A stretch of DNA of 64,000 nucleotides, taken from an uncultured Alphaproteobacteria bacterium (GTDB lineage: Bacteria > Pseudomonadota > Alphaproteobacteria > HIMB59 > GCA-002718135). A model generated the notes under the pieces. The model saw nothing but the letters and a program-made list of their open reading frames with translations, made no database searches and was not told the origin of the DNA. Shown in pieces: positions 19,992 to 29,708 of the stretch (its first letter is position 1; each line of letters begins with the position of its first letter). Made by a program: the position numbers and the translations under genes. The DNA lies in assembly GCA_902615745.1 (NCBI GenBank), contig CACMQB010000002.1, positions 151,936 through 215,935 of the forward strand, written 5' to 3'.

Positions 19992-20916
19992 TATTATTTT
20001 CCTGTATAAGTTTAATAAAAATCTCTTCCAGTGAACTTTGCTCTGTATTAATGTCTTTTATTTTATAACCATCTTTTTTTACATCATTTAATAGCTCAGT
20101 AATATCAGTTGTGTTTGAGTTTAAATTATAGGTATGTGAGATAATTTTATTTGTTTGATCTAAAGTAAAATTATATTTTGATAAATTACCATTTATTTTT
20201 TTTACAGATTCAAATAATTCAATTTTAATTGTTTTTTCTCCAAGTTTTTTAATTAATTTATCTTTTTCATCCACTAAAATAATTTTACCATCGTTTATAA
20301 CTGCTACTCTATCACTTAACTCTTCCGCTTCTTCAATATAATGTGTTGTTAAAATAATTGTTACTCCATCTTTATTTAATTTTTTAACAACATCCCACAT
20401 GTCTTTGCGTAATTCCACATCCACACTAGCTGTTGGTTCATCTAAAAATAATAATTTAGGTTGGTGAGATAAAGCTTTAGCTATCAGAACCCTTCTTTTC
20501 ATTCCACCCGATAGTTCTTTAATTTTATTATCTTTTTTATCCCATAAGGATAGTTGTTTTAAAAGCTTTTCTATATAATTGTGATCAGGCTTCTTACCAA
20601 AAAGACCTCTAGAATAATTAACATTGTTCCAGACAGTTTCAAAAGATTCAAGATTTAATTCTTGAGGAACAATACCTGTTATTTTTCTAGTAGTTCGATA
20701 ATTTTTTACAATATCCATATTATTAATTTTTATTGTTCCTGTATTGAAATTTACTATTCCACAAATTGAGTTTATCAGTGTTGATTTTCCTGCACCATTT
20801 GGTCCAAGTAGAGCAAATATTTCTCCTTCTTTAATGTTGAGATTTACATTTTCTAATGCTTTAACTGAATTTTTATAAAATTTAGTTACATTATTTATCT
20901 CAAGTATATTCTTCAT
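19972..20916 (-). CDS. ABC exporter ATP-binding protein
   Basis: Walker A GPNGAGKST, signature LSGGMKRR and Walker B LLFLDEPT. Confidence 0.9.
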   Translation of the reverse strand: MKNILEINNVTKFYKNSVKALENVNLNIKEGEIFALLGPNGAGKSTLINSICGIVNFNTGTIKINNMDIVKNYRTTRKITGIVPQELNLESFETVWNNVNYSRGLFGKKPDHNYIEKLLKQLSLWDKKDNKIKELSGGMKRRVLIAKALSHQPKLLFLDEPTASVDVELRKDMWDVVKKLNKDGVTIILTTHYIEEAEELSDRVAVINDGKIILVDEKDKLIKKLGEKTIKIELFESVKKINGNLSKYNFTLDQTNKIISHTYNLNSNTTDITELLNDVKKDGYKIKDINTEQSSLEEIFIKLIQENNNELVRN

Positions 20917-20919
20917 AAT

Positions 20920-22098
20920 TTAAATTTTTGTTATCAGATTTGGAATATTTTGTTTAAATTTGAAATAACCTTTTTTTGAAAAAATCCAACTATTAACATC
21001 ATATTTTCTATTAAAAATTATAAAATTAACTGATGGATATTTTGAAATTATTTTTTTATAAATTTTTTTCCAATTTCCTTTAGTAACATAGGGTAAATAT
21101 ATTTTTTGTATTTGAAATTTTTTTATCCATTTATCTAAATCTTCATAATAATTTTCAAATTCAATATCAATTTTAATATTTTTATAAAAATCATCATCAT
21201 TAAAACATGAAATACAAATACCTCTTATATGTTTGATTATTTTTTCAGAGAAATTATGATCATTATAATCTTCTAGTGGTAAACCTGTAAAAACATTTAC
21301 TTTTTTATGATTTAAATCTTTTAGAATATTTAATTCATCAGTTGGTATTAAAATATATTTTATTTCCTCTAAATTATAATCAGAATTTAAGTGTAGTTCA
21401 TTTACATTATAAATTTTTTCTTCAATTAAAGGATATGCATTTTCATTTAAAATTTCATTACTTGATATTTTAATATTACTATATTTTTCTATATTACTTT
21501 TTCTTGCCAAATAATTTTTACCTTTAGTCTGTATACCGGCAACCCATCTCCAAGATAATGTATTAGAAGCTGGATCGCCATCCAATAAATGCTGCATAAA
21601 AAAATCTGCACCAAGTTGCCAAGGTAAATTAAGAGTAAAAATCCAAATTGAGGCAAACCACATTCTTACATGATTATGCAAGTATCCATTTTCTTTTAGA
21701 TTATTTATCCAATTATTAAAAAATGAGAGATTTGTATTTCCAGAAATTGCATTTAAATAAAATTTTTTATTAGAAAATTGTTCAATCAATTTATTTCTAT
21801 CTTCTAAATAATCAGAATAGACCGATGGTCTATGTTCAAGCCAACCTTTCCAATAAGTTCTCCAATAAATTTCTTGGATAAATTTTTCACATTCTCTAAG
21901 TTCATATTTCTTTAATACTTTTTCCAGAACTTGTTCTTCAGAAATTAGCCTGTATCTTATAAAGGGAGATAATAGAGACGTAGTGTTATTATTTGAACTG
22001 TCTTCACTGTAATTTCTATTTGCTTCATAATATTTTCCTGTTTTATGCAAATAAGACAGGAATTGCTCTTCAGCAAAGCTGATATTTGATTTAAACAT
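20920..22098 (-). CDS. photolyase/cryptochrome-related FAD-binding-domain protein with atypical architecture
   Basis: The N-terminal half carries RMWFASIW...ADFFMQHLLDGDPASNTLSWRWVAG (photolyase FAD-binding domain). The C-terminal ~180 aa are alpha/beta-like. Confidence 0.7.
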   Translation of the reverse strand: MFKSNISFAEEQFLSYLHKTGKYYEANRNYSEDSSNNNTTSLLSPFIRYRLISEEQVLEKVLKKYELRECEKFIQEIYWRTYWKGWLEHRPSVYSDYLEDRNKLIEQFSNKKFYLNAISGNTNLSFFNNWINNLKENGYLHNHVRMWFASIWIFTLNLPWQLGADFFMQHLLDGDPASNTLSWRWVAGIQTKGKNYLARKSNIEKYSNIKISSNEILNENAYPLIEEKIYNVNELHLNSDYNLEEIKYILIPTDELNILKDLNHKKVNVFTGLPLEDYNDHNFSEKIIKHIRGICISCFNDDDFYKNIKIDIEFENYYEDLDKWIKKFQIQKIYLPYVTKGNWKKIYKKIISKYPSVNFIIFNRKYDVNSWIFSKKGYFKFKQNIPNLITKI

Positions 22099-22109
22099 TT
22101 TAGTATTAA

Positions 22110-22496
22110 TTAATCGTCAGGTAATTTTTTAGAGCGCCTATTAAGTATTTCCATGTGACGAACTCTTAATACCACAATTGCGATTGCTAATATTAATATT
22201 GCTACAGACTCATACACATAAGCGGATGGATCCACATCTTTTCTTTGCATAATTATCATTCTAGCTAGAGCTGTCATTGCAATGAAAAGCGGATAACTCA
22301 TTCTTATCATTTTAGAGACCCAGTATTCTTTAATCATTCCAATAATTTCAATGTAAATAAACAGCAAAAGAATGTCTGCAAGTGTTACTTTATAAACTGC
22401 AATCATACCTTGCACTTCCATTCCAATCGCAATGATTGTACAAACAATAAGTAAAGACAGTACTATTTTTTCTAATAACTCAAAATAATTATTCAT
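22110..22496 (-). CDS. PsiE-like (phosphate-starvation-inducible E family) membrane protein
   Basis: 128 aa, 4 TM. The pattern LLFIYIEIIGMIKEYW...IAMTALARMII resembles PsiE. Confidence 0.5.
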   Translation of the reverse strand: MNNYFELLEKIVLSLLIVCTIIAIGMEVQGMIAVYKVTLADILLLFIYIEIIGMIKEYWVSKMIRMSYPLFIAMTALARMIIMQRKDVDPSAYVYESVAILILAIAIVVLRVRHMEILNRRSKKLPDD

Positions 22497-22859
22497 TTAA
22501 ATTCTTTCTATTTTATTTAGTTGATTCTTGTTTTTGTAAAATAGAATTAAGGCAAAAACTTCATATAAAAACCAAGAAACTTGATAAATCACAGGTTTTC
22601 TTATTATTTTAGCCAAAAAACAATATCTTGGTATTTCAGACCACATTTCAATAAATGCATCAACTCCACTATAAACCTTGTTATTTTTTACAGTGTGTAA
22701 ACGTCTTAATAATTCTTCAGCATTTTTGGCGGTATCTTTTTTTGATTTTTTCTCAGTACTTATATCTATCCATTCAAGATTATTTTCTAGTTTTTTGTAA
22801 TGATTTATTTCAAATCTACAAATGCTGCATGAATTATTAAAATAAACTTTAGTAGCCAT
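22497..22859 (-). CDS. DCC-family thiol-disulfide oxidoreductase (DUF393)
   Basis: N-terminal VYFNNSCSICRFE (CxxC), about 120 aa, hydrophobic C-terminal helix. Confidence 0.6.
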   Translation of the reverse strand: MATKVYFNNSCSICRFEINHYKKLENNLEWIDISTEKKSKKDTAKNAEELLRRLHTVKNNKVYSGVDAFIEMWSEIPRYCFLAKIIRKPVIYQVSWFLYEVFALILFYKNKNQLNKIERI

Positions 22860-22873
22860 AAAAGAAAAATAAT

Positions 22874-23668
22874 TTAAATAAATTGAAATTCAATATCCTC
22901 TAATTGCTCAAATTGAGCTTTTATATGATTACCAGAGTAAATTTTTGATGGTTTTGTACATGAACCAGAAGAAATAAATTGACCTTTAAGTAATGTCTCA
23001 CCTTTTTTTGCCATATTATTAATTAACCATAAAGCAGCATTTAAAGGATTATTTAAAACATTTTTAGTATTTCCTGAGTCCATTATTTTGTTATCTATGT
23101 ATAAAGTAACTTCAAGATCATTGAGATTGACATCATTAATATTATATATTTTTTTATTACGTAACCAAAATTCAGATGCTCCATTTGTCGAGATAACATT
23201 TCTTGCGCCAATTTCCGGTAAAGGTTTTGCAAATCTAAAATCGTTAATTTCAATTGAGCATACTAATCCATCTAATAATAAATCTATATCGTCTATAGAG
23301 TAGGGTGCCTTTGAGATATCTATATCTTCTTTAATTCTAAAACTTATCTCTGGTTCAGCATATGGTTCAAAAAAATTTTTAGCATGTAACTTTTTTGCAT
23401 TAATTAAACTGTATCTACTGTATAAATTTCCATAAAAAGGTTCGTTCATATTTAAAACCTCTTGTGCAGTTAGAGATGTAGCGCCAATTTTTTTTCCAAT
23501 ACAAGTATTATCTTTCAGTTCTAAGTATCTAAGTTTTAAATTATCTTGAATTGCATAAGCCTCATCAATTGTTTTAGGTTCTAGATTTTTTAAAGAACTT
23601 AAGCCAGTTTTATTTAATCTATGTTCAAATAAAATTTTTGAAGCTTCTTGAATATCTTCTTTATTCAT
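22874..23668 (-). CDS. 2-keto-4-pentenoate hydratase / FAH-family hydratase-decarboxylase
   Basis: 264 aa with N-terminal AYAIQD, GKKIG and EPEISF motifs typical of the MhpD/HpcG family. Confidence 0.65.
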   Translation of the reverse strand: MNKEDIQEASKILFEHRLNKTGLSSLKNLEPKTIDEAYAIQDNLKLRYLELKDNTCIGKKIGATSLTAQEVLNMNEPFYGNLYSRYSLINAKKLHAKNFFEPYAEPEISFRIKEDIDISKAPYSIDDIDLLLDGLVCSIEINDFRFAKPLPEIGARNVISTNGASEFWLRNKKIYNINDVNLNDLEVTLYIDNKIMDSGNTKNVLNNPLNAALWLINNMAKKGETLLKGQFISSGSCTKPSKIYSGNHIKAQFEQLEDIEFQFI

Positions 23669-24378
23669 ACTTTAATTGCGTACTTATTAATTTCTTCATA
23701 TATGTCTAAACATTCTTTATAAATATTTTCATAAGTTTTAGGTACAATATATTCTTTAGTATTTTTGGTGTTAAAAGTAGTAGAGGAAATTACATCTTGA
23801 TACCAAACTTTAGACCAAATACCATCGGTATCTCTATAACCTTTTGGCCAACTAAGCATGTTTTGGTCAAAGTTTAAATTTATTTTTTGACACAAAATTT
23901 TTAAATACTTTTCAGGATTTTCTAATAAATAATCAGAGTTTATTATTATAGGATCTTTTGAATTTAATTTTTTAAAAATTTCATAAAGTTTTTTAAAACC
24001 TACATCTTGAATTGATTGTAAAGTATTTTTTTTTAAATATGACACAATTACTTTAGCAGGATCACGGATCAAAAAGCAATTTATACCTTTATCGATCCAA
24101 TCTAAACGTGTTTCATCTAAAATATGATGAGTCATATGTTTTTGGTAAAATATTTGATAATTATCATCATCTTTAGTAATTAATTTAATTACCTCATCTT
24201 CATTGGTGTGATAGTGATTTATAATTTCATCTTTCATTGGATGATTTAAGTTAGTTCTTTTTAAATAATATGCATAAAAAGGTTCATCGTAAACTTTAGT
24301 ATCTTTTCTATTTTCAAAGGATCGCATCAATGCAGTACTAATATTTCTAGGTCCAGACCAAACAAATAAATTAATCAT
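23665..24378 (-). CDS. sulfotransferase-like P-loop protein
   Basis: N-terminal VWSGPRNISTA resembles the PAPS-binding loop of sulfotransferases. 4-nt overlap with the downstream gene. Confidence 0.45.
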   Translation of the reverse strand: MINLFVWSGPRNISTALMRSFENRKDTKVYDEPFYAYYLKRTNLNHPMKDEIINHYHTNEDEVIKLITKDDDNYQIFYQKHMTHHILDETRLDWIDKGINCFLIRDPAKVIVSYLKKNTLQSIQDVGFKKLYEIFKKLNSKDPIIINSDYLLENPEKYLKILCQKINLNFDQNMLSWPKGYRDTDGIWSKVWYQDVISSTTFNTKNTKEYIVPKTYENIYKECLDIYEEINKYAIKV

Positions 24379-25269
24379 TTAAAATAAGTTATTATAGTAA
24401 TTAGTTAATTCTTTAGTAATAGGATTTTTCTTTAATGAGTATTTTTTCTTATTTATCTGATTTACCGGAACAATTCCTGCAAAAGATCCAGTACAAAATG
24501 CTTCATCTGCATTTAAAACTTCTTTTAATTTAAAATTCTTTTCTTTTACTTTTATTTTATTTTTTTTACATAGATCTATAATTTTCTGTCTTGTAATTCC
24601 TGTAACACAATATTTCCCTGTTGAGGTAAAAACAGTATTATTTTTTACAAAGAAGAAATGCGTACTATTATTTGTAGCGACATTTCCGTTAATATCAAAC
24701 ATTAGTGCTTCATCAGCATTCTTTTTATTAGCTTCAATACATGCAAGTATACAATTTAATTTACTAAGAGAATTTATTTGTGGATTTTGAACATTAATTG
24801 GCCCCCTAATAGTTTTTACTGTAACCAATTTTAATCCTTTCTTATATGCTTTAATATCTGGTTTTTTATATTCAGGGATTATGATTATGGTTGGTTTGGA
24901 TATTGTAACTTTAGGTGATTGATAGGGTGTTGATTTAATACCTCTAGAAACAATTATTCTTAAATGAACATCTGTTTTCATTTTATTTATTTTGATAGTC
25001 TTTATTAGTGCTTCTGAAAGTTTTTTACGGGTTAAATGTATTTTTAAGTCAATAAGCTTTGCATCTTTGTATAGCCTATCTAGATGTTCTTTTAGAAAAA
25101 TGAAATTATCATTATGGTATCTTAAAGAATCCCAGATACCATCCCCAAGCATTGTAGAGGAATCAAAAACTGATATTTTGGCATCTTTTCTTTTATAAAA
25201 TTTTCCGTTTATATAAATTTTAATATTTTTATTTCTTTTATCATCTACAAAATCATGACTTGAAACCAT
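24379..25269 (-). CDS. class IV aminotransferase (branched-chain / D-amino-acid type)
   Basis: SVFDSSTMLGDGIWDSLR near the N-terminus, and EALMFD...VATNNSTHFF. 296 aa. Confidence 0.75.
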   Translation of the reverse strand: MVSSHDFVDDKRNKNIKIYINGKFYKRKDAKISVFDSSTMLGDGIWDSLRYHNDNFIFLKEHLDRLYKDAKLIDLKIHLTRKKLSEALIKTIKINKMKTDVHLRIIVSRGIKSTPYQSPKVTISKPTIIIIPEYKKPDIKAYKKGLKLVTVKTIRGPINVQNPQINSLSKLNCILACIEANKKNADEALMFDINGNVATNNSTHFFFVKNNTVFTSTGKYCVTGITRQKIIDLCKKNKIKVKEKNFKLKEVLNADEAFCTGSFAGIVPVNQINKKKYSLKKNPITKELTNYYNNLF

Positions 25270-25387
25270 AATTATTTTTATCTTAATAGCAAATATTGTC
25301 TACTTAATAATTTTATTAACTTTTATTGTAAATCAAAGAGTGACATGTGATCAAATTAATATAACCAATTAGAAATTATCTTTTGTA

Positions 25388-26548
25388 ATGTTTAATAAAA
25401 ATTTTATTGTTATTTGTATATCTTCTACAATTGCAGCTTTTCCACCTATGGCTGTAGTTTTATTAGGTGGAATAATTACATCCCAGATAATGATGAAAGA
25501 TTCATTAGCAACAGTACCAATGACTTTAATGATTATAGGTATAGCAATAAGTGCGCCTATTGCATCTAGGTTTATGAGCATCTGGGGGAGGCAGAAAGGA
25601 TTTTTATTTTCATCTCTTTTAAGTTGCTTAGCTCTAATTATTTGTTCAATTGCAATTTATTTGGAAAATTTTTTTATTTTTGCATTAGGTAATTTTTTAA
25701 TTGGTAGCTCACAAGCCTTTATTCATCAGTATCGATTTGCTGCATCTGAATCAGTCAAAAAAGAATTTATTCCAAGATCTATCTCAATTATATTATTATT
25801 AGGTATAGTTTCTGCACTACTTTCATCTAATTTTGCAGAATATTTTAAAGATTTTTTTCCAAGTTATTTATTTCTTGGTAGTTATATTTTCTTATCTTTT
25901 ACAGCAATCATTCCTTTCTTTGTTCTTCTTTTTTATGAGGAAACAAAAACTTCTAATAATCAAAGTAAATTTGAAATTGAAACTATTTTCAAACTTTTAA
26001 AAAATATTAAAATTATACAATCAATCGTAAGCGCTGGTCTTGGTTATTTTACAATGGCTATAATTATGACTGCTACCCCTTTACATATGCATCTTGTTAA
26101 TAAATTTACTTTATTTGAAACTAGTATCGTAATTCAACTTCACGTCATTGGTATGTTTTTACCTTCACTGTTTTCTGGAGATTTAATTAAAAGATTTGGT
26201 AATACAAATATTATATATGCAGGAGTAGTTATTTTGTTTTTAAGTATATTAACTAATACATTCTTTGATTTTTATTATTCTTATATGCTTGGTTTAACAT
26301 TACTTGGTATAGGCTGGAATTTTTTATTTGTTTCTGGTTCAAGTTTGCTGGTTGTTTCTTACGAAGAAAAGGATAAATTTACAGCACAAGGTCTAAATGA
26401 TTTTATTGTTTTTTCAACTCAAGGTATAGGATCGCTATCTGCTGGTTTTCTTTTATATTTTTCAAATTGGACTATTATAAATCTTTTATGTGTTCCACTT
26501 TTAATTATTGTTTTAGTAGTTTCTTTGTTTGCATCTAGGCATAATTAA
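25388..26548 (+). CDS. MFS transporter
   Basis: 386 aa, about 12 TM, with an RFMSIWGRQKG-type loop 2-3 motif. Confidence 0.75.
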   Translation: MFNKNFIVICISSTIAAFPPMAVVLLGGIITSQIMMKDSLATVPMTLMIIGIAISAPIASRFMSIWGRQKGFLFSSLLSCLALIICSIAIYLENFFIFALGNFLIGSSQAFIHQYRFAASESVKKEFIPRSISIILLLGIVSALLSSNFAEYFKDFFPSYLFLGSYIFLSFTAIIPFFVLLFYEETKTSNNQSKFEIETIFKLLKNIKIIQSIVSAGLGYFTMAIIMTATPLHMHLVNKFTLFETSIVIQLHVIGMFLPSLFSGDLIKRFGNTNIIYAGVVILFLSILTNTFFDFYYSYMLGLTLLGIGWNFLFVSGSSLLVVSYEEKDKFTAQGLNDFIVFSTQGIGSLSAGFLLYFSNWTIINLLCVPLLIIVLVVSLFASRHN

Positions 26549-26597
26549 GTTTGAAAATTCACTTTTAAATAATAATTTTTTCACTATAGTTATTTCT

Positions 26598-27461
26598 ATG
26601 AGCAATGTTGGATTTATAGGGGTAGGCTACATGGGTTATGGTATGGCAAAAAATTTATTAAAAAAGCATAATGTATTTATATTTGCTCATAAAAATAGAA
26701 AACCAATAAACAAATTAAAAAAGATTGGGGCTAAAGAATTAAAATCATATAATGAAATAAAAAAACAAAAACTTGATTGTTTAATGATATGTGTAACAAA
26801 TACACCTGTAGCATTAAATGTTGCAAAAAAAATTAAACAAGAACTTGATAGTAAAACACTTGTAATAGATTTAACAACGCATAACAAAAATGGTGCTTTA
26901 AAAATGGATAAAATTTTTAAATCAAAGAAAATAAGTTATAATTTTTGTGGAGTAATGGGAGGCCCAGTTCAAAGTGAGCAGGGTATATTAGGTGGTATTT
27001 ATGGTGGTAAAAAAAGTAATTTTTTAAAATGTAAAAAATTTCTCAATTCTTTTTGTAAGTCTGTTTTTAATTTTGGTGATGTATCAAAAGCATCATCTGC
27101 AAAATTATTATCTAACTTTTTATCATTAATGACAACTACTAGTGTCATAGAGTTTTTTAAATCTGCAAAAAAACTAAAAATCGATATTAAACTGTTATGT
27201 GATGTTGCTAGATTAGGTTCAGGAAATTCAGGCGCTTTAGATAGAATTGCTGATAAAGCTATAAAAGGTAATTATAAAGGATATGTTTTTTCAGTAGATA
27301 ATACATATAAAGATTTAAATTATATTAATGATCTTGTCTCTGATTTACCTAATGCTAATAAACTCTCAAAAATGGCTAAGTCATTTTATAAACAAGCGTC
27401 AATAAAAGGATTTGGTAATTTACTTGTTAGTGAATTAATTGATAAGGAAAAATACAAATAA
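26598..27461 (+). CDS. NAD(P)-dependent 3-hydroxyisobutyrate/6-phosphogluconate dehydrogenase-like oxidoreductase
   Basis: Rossmann motif VGFIGVGYMGYGMA immediately after the ATG at 26598. The ORF-track start at 26529 overlaps the MFS gene and adds non-conserved residues. Confidence 0.7.
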   Translation: MSNVGFIGVGYMGYGMAKNLLKKHNVFIFAHKNRKPINKLKKIGAKELKSYNEIKKQKLDCLMICVTNTPVALNVAKKIKQELDSKTLVIDLTTHNKNGALKMDKIFKSKKISYNFCGVMGGPVQSEQGILGGIYGGKKSNFLKCKKFLNSFCKSVFNFGDVSKASSAKLLSNFLSLMTTTSVIEFFKSAKKLKIDIKLLCDVARLGSGNSGALDRIADKAIKGNYKGYVFSVDNTYKDLNYINDLVSDLPNANKLSKMAKSFYKQASIKGFGNLLVSELIDKEKYK

Positions 27462-27632
27462 ATGGATAAGCTAGTTCCAATTATTTATATGATTGGGGTG
27501 CTATTATTGGTCTTACCTTCTTTCTTAAGCTCTAATAGTAATTTTAAAACCTTTTTTACTAACTTATCGATTTGGGTAGCTATTGTATTAGTCGTTTTAT
27601 CTTTTTACTTTGCCTATAATTATTTTATGTAA
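27462..27632 (+). CDS. possible 56-aa two-TM membrane peptide (below ORF-track cutoff)
   Basis: The ATG directly abuts the preceding TAA. It translates to MDKLVPIIYMIGVLLLVLPSF...IWVAIVLVVLSFYFAYNYFM and fills an otherwise unexplained 239-nt gap. Confidence 0.35.
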   Translation: MDKLVPIIYMIGVLLLVLPSFLSSNSNFKTFFTNLSIWVAIVLVVLSFYFAYNYFM

Positions 27633-27700
27633 AACGGTTACATATATTTAATTTAATTATATGTAGACTAACTTAATACAAATATTTATACGAGCTTTTA

Positions 27701-28810
27701 ATGCCCAATCAATATGTTGCTAAATCAAGAAGGTTAAGGAGTACTATTTATTCTTCTCGAATTGAAAATCAGGGTGTTACTTCTTATACCATCTATAATC
27801 ATATGCTACTTCCTGCTGGTTTTGAGGGAAGTCTAGAAGAAACATATAACCATTTAAAAAATCATGTTCAGATATGGGATGTAGCAGCAGAGAGACAAAT
27901 AGAGATCAAAGGGAAGGATGCGTATCAATTAGTTCAATTAATGACATGTAGAGATTTAAGTAAAACCAAAGAAGGTAAATGTTATTATTGCCCAATTATT
28001 GATGAAAATGGAGGAATGATCAATGATCCTGTTGTACTTAAATTTAATAATGAAAAGTGGTGGATTTCAATTGCTGATTCAGATGTAATGTTATTTGCGA
28101 AAGGTCTTGCAATAGGAAAAAACTTAGAAGTTTCTATTTCTGAACCAGATGTAAATATTATGGCCGTACAGGGTCCCAAAGCATTTAATTTACTAGAAAA
28201 AATTTTTGGTAAAGAAATTTTAGATTTAAAATTTTATAATTTTAAATACTTTAATTTTAAAAATTCTAAACACTTAATTGCTAGATCAGGTTGGTCAAAG
28301 CAGGGCGGAGTAGAAATTTATGTTGAGGATGCAAAATCTGGTCTTGAGTTATATGATTTGTTATTTGAAGAAGGTAAAGAGTTTAATGTAAAACCAGGAT
28401 GTCCCCATCTTATAGAAAGAATTGAAAGTGCATTGTTATCTTATGGAAATGATATGGATATAAATGATAATCCTCTAGAATGTGGTTTAGATAAGTTTGT
28501 TCATCTAGATAATAATATAGAGTTTCTAGGAAAAGATAAGCTAATTAAAATTAAAGAGAATGGAATAGAAAAAAAATTAATGGGTGTAAAGATAGACATA
28601 GATAATATTAATTTAAGATCTTCTATAAATTTAACTATTAATAATTCTGTAATTGGTGAAATAAGATCTGCAGTATACTCACCAACATTTAATAAAGTAA
28701 TTGGCATTGCAATGATAAATAAACCATATTTTTTATCTAAAGATAAATTTGATATAATTATTGATTCAAAAAAATATACAGGAGAAATTTGCGATATTCC
28801 ATTCGTATAG
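27701..28810 (+). CDS. dmdA: GcvT-family aminomethyltransferase, DMSP demethylase-like
   Basis: 369 aa. The N-terminal [30 protein letters not shown]...[16 protein letters not shown] matches my recollection of the DmdA subfamily rather than GcvT, and a true gcvT is already present at 7402. Confidence 0.65.
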   Translation: MPNQYVAKSRRLRSTIYSSRIENQGVTSYTIYNHMLLPAGFEGSLEETYNHLKNHVQIWDVAAERQIEIKGKDAYQLVQLMTCRDLSKTKEGKCYYCPIIDENGGMINDPVVLKFNNEKWWISIADSDVMLFAKGLAIGKNLEVSISEPDVNIMAVQGPKAFNLLEKIFGKEILDLKFYNFKYFNFKNSKHLIARSGWSKQGGVEIYVEDAKSGLELYDLLFEEGKEFNVKPGCPHLIERIESALLSYGNDMDINDNPLECGLDKFVHLDNNIEFLGKDKLIKIKENGIEKKLMGVKIDIDNINLRSSINLTINNSVIGEIRSAVYSPTFNKVIGIAMINKPYFLSKDKFDIIIDSKKYTGEICDIPFV

Positions 28811-28813
28811 ATT

Positions 28814-29701
28814 ATGAGTAGTAATGTTAAAGCTATAATTTTAGCTTTGGTTGCTTCTGTAGCTGGAGTAACAATGAATGTGCTTATAAAGTTTTCTTTA
28901 CAAGATATTAATGTTTTTACTGCTGGTTTTTTAAGATTTTTATTTGGTTTTATTCTTATTCTTCCATTTATTTTTTATTCTAAATTTCAAAATTTCAAAA
29001 CACCTAATCTTAAAATACATTTAACCAGAGGTGTTTTAAATATTCCTATGATGTTACTTGGTTTTTCAGCGCTGCAATTCATACCTTTAGAACAAATTAA
29101 GGCTATTTCATTTATTACTCCTATAATTGTTGTCGTGTTGAGCGTAATTTTTTTAAAAGAAAAAATTTATTTAATACGAATTGGAGCTTTGTTAATCGGT
29201 TTAATTGGAGTTTTTGTAATTTTAAGGCCAGGCATTGTTCCAATAAATATAGGTGCGTATTTAGTTTTGTGTTCATGTTCAATTTGGTCAGTAGTTGTTA
29301 TAATTACTAAATTTGCCGCTAGAGTTGATAGTGCTTTTACCATTTTATCTTATCAATATACTCTGGTTACTTTCTTATCTTTCCCTATTGCTTTATATTT
29401 TTGGCAATCTCCATCTTCAGTCACATTAATTTATTTAATTTTTGCAGGTATAGCAGGAACGATTGTTCATCTTTGTATTAATACCGCATATAAACTAACT
29501 GATCTATCAGTATTACAACCTGTGAATTTCTCGAGACTATTAATAGCATCATTTTTTGGGTTTATCATCTTTGATGAAATACCTGATGTATGGACTATTA
29601 TTGGAGGCTTAATTATTTTTTCATCAATTTTAATAATCACTTACAGAGAAAGCTATCTTAAAAAAGATATAGCAAAGCAATCAATACCAGTTAAACTTTA
29701 A
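28814..29701 (+). CDS. EamA/DMT family transporter
   Basis: 10 TM, two EamA repeats. Paralogue of the next gene. Confidence 0.8.
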   Translation: MSSNVKAIILALVASVAGVTMNVLIKFSLQDINVFTAGFLRFLFGFILILPFIFYSKFQNFKTPNLKIHLTRGVLNIPMMLLGFSALQFIPLEQIKAISFITPIIVVVLSVIFLKEKIYLIRIGALLIGLIGVFVILRPGIVPINIGAYLVLCSCSIWSVVVIITKFAARVDSAFTILSYQYTLVTFLSFPIALYFWQSPSSVTLIYLIFAGIAGTIVHLCINTAYKLTDLSVLQPVNFSRLLIASFFGFIIFDEIPDVWTIIGGLIIFSSILIITYRESYLKKDIAKQSIPVKL

Positions 29702-29708
29702 TTTTTTA

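Noticed and set aside
8232-28707. Short antisense or shadow ORFs inside conserved genes of the first half of the window. Minus strand: 8232..8414, 12059..12244, 17747..17986, 25369..25581, 26687..26887, 27985..28179, 28501..28707. Plus strand: 13254..13496, 15140..15340, 22655..22840, 23088..23303, 24992..25198.
   Set aside because: Each is fully embedded opposite a longer ORF with clear family motifs. All are 60-80 aa and low complexity, and none has a plausible RBS. Such ORFs are expected by chance in AT-rich DNA with few stop codons on the complementary frame.
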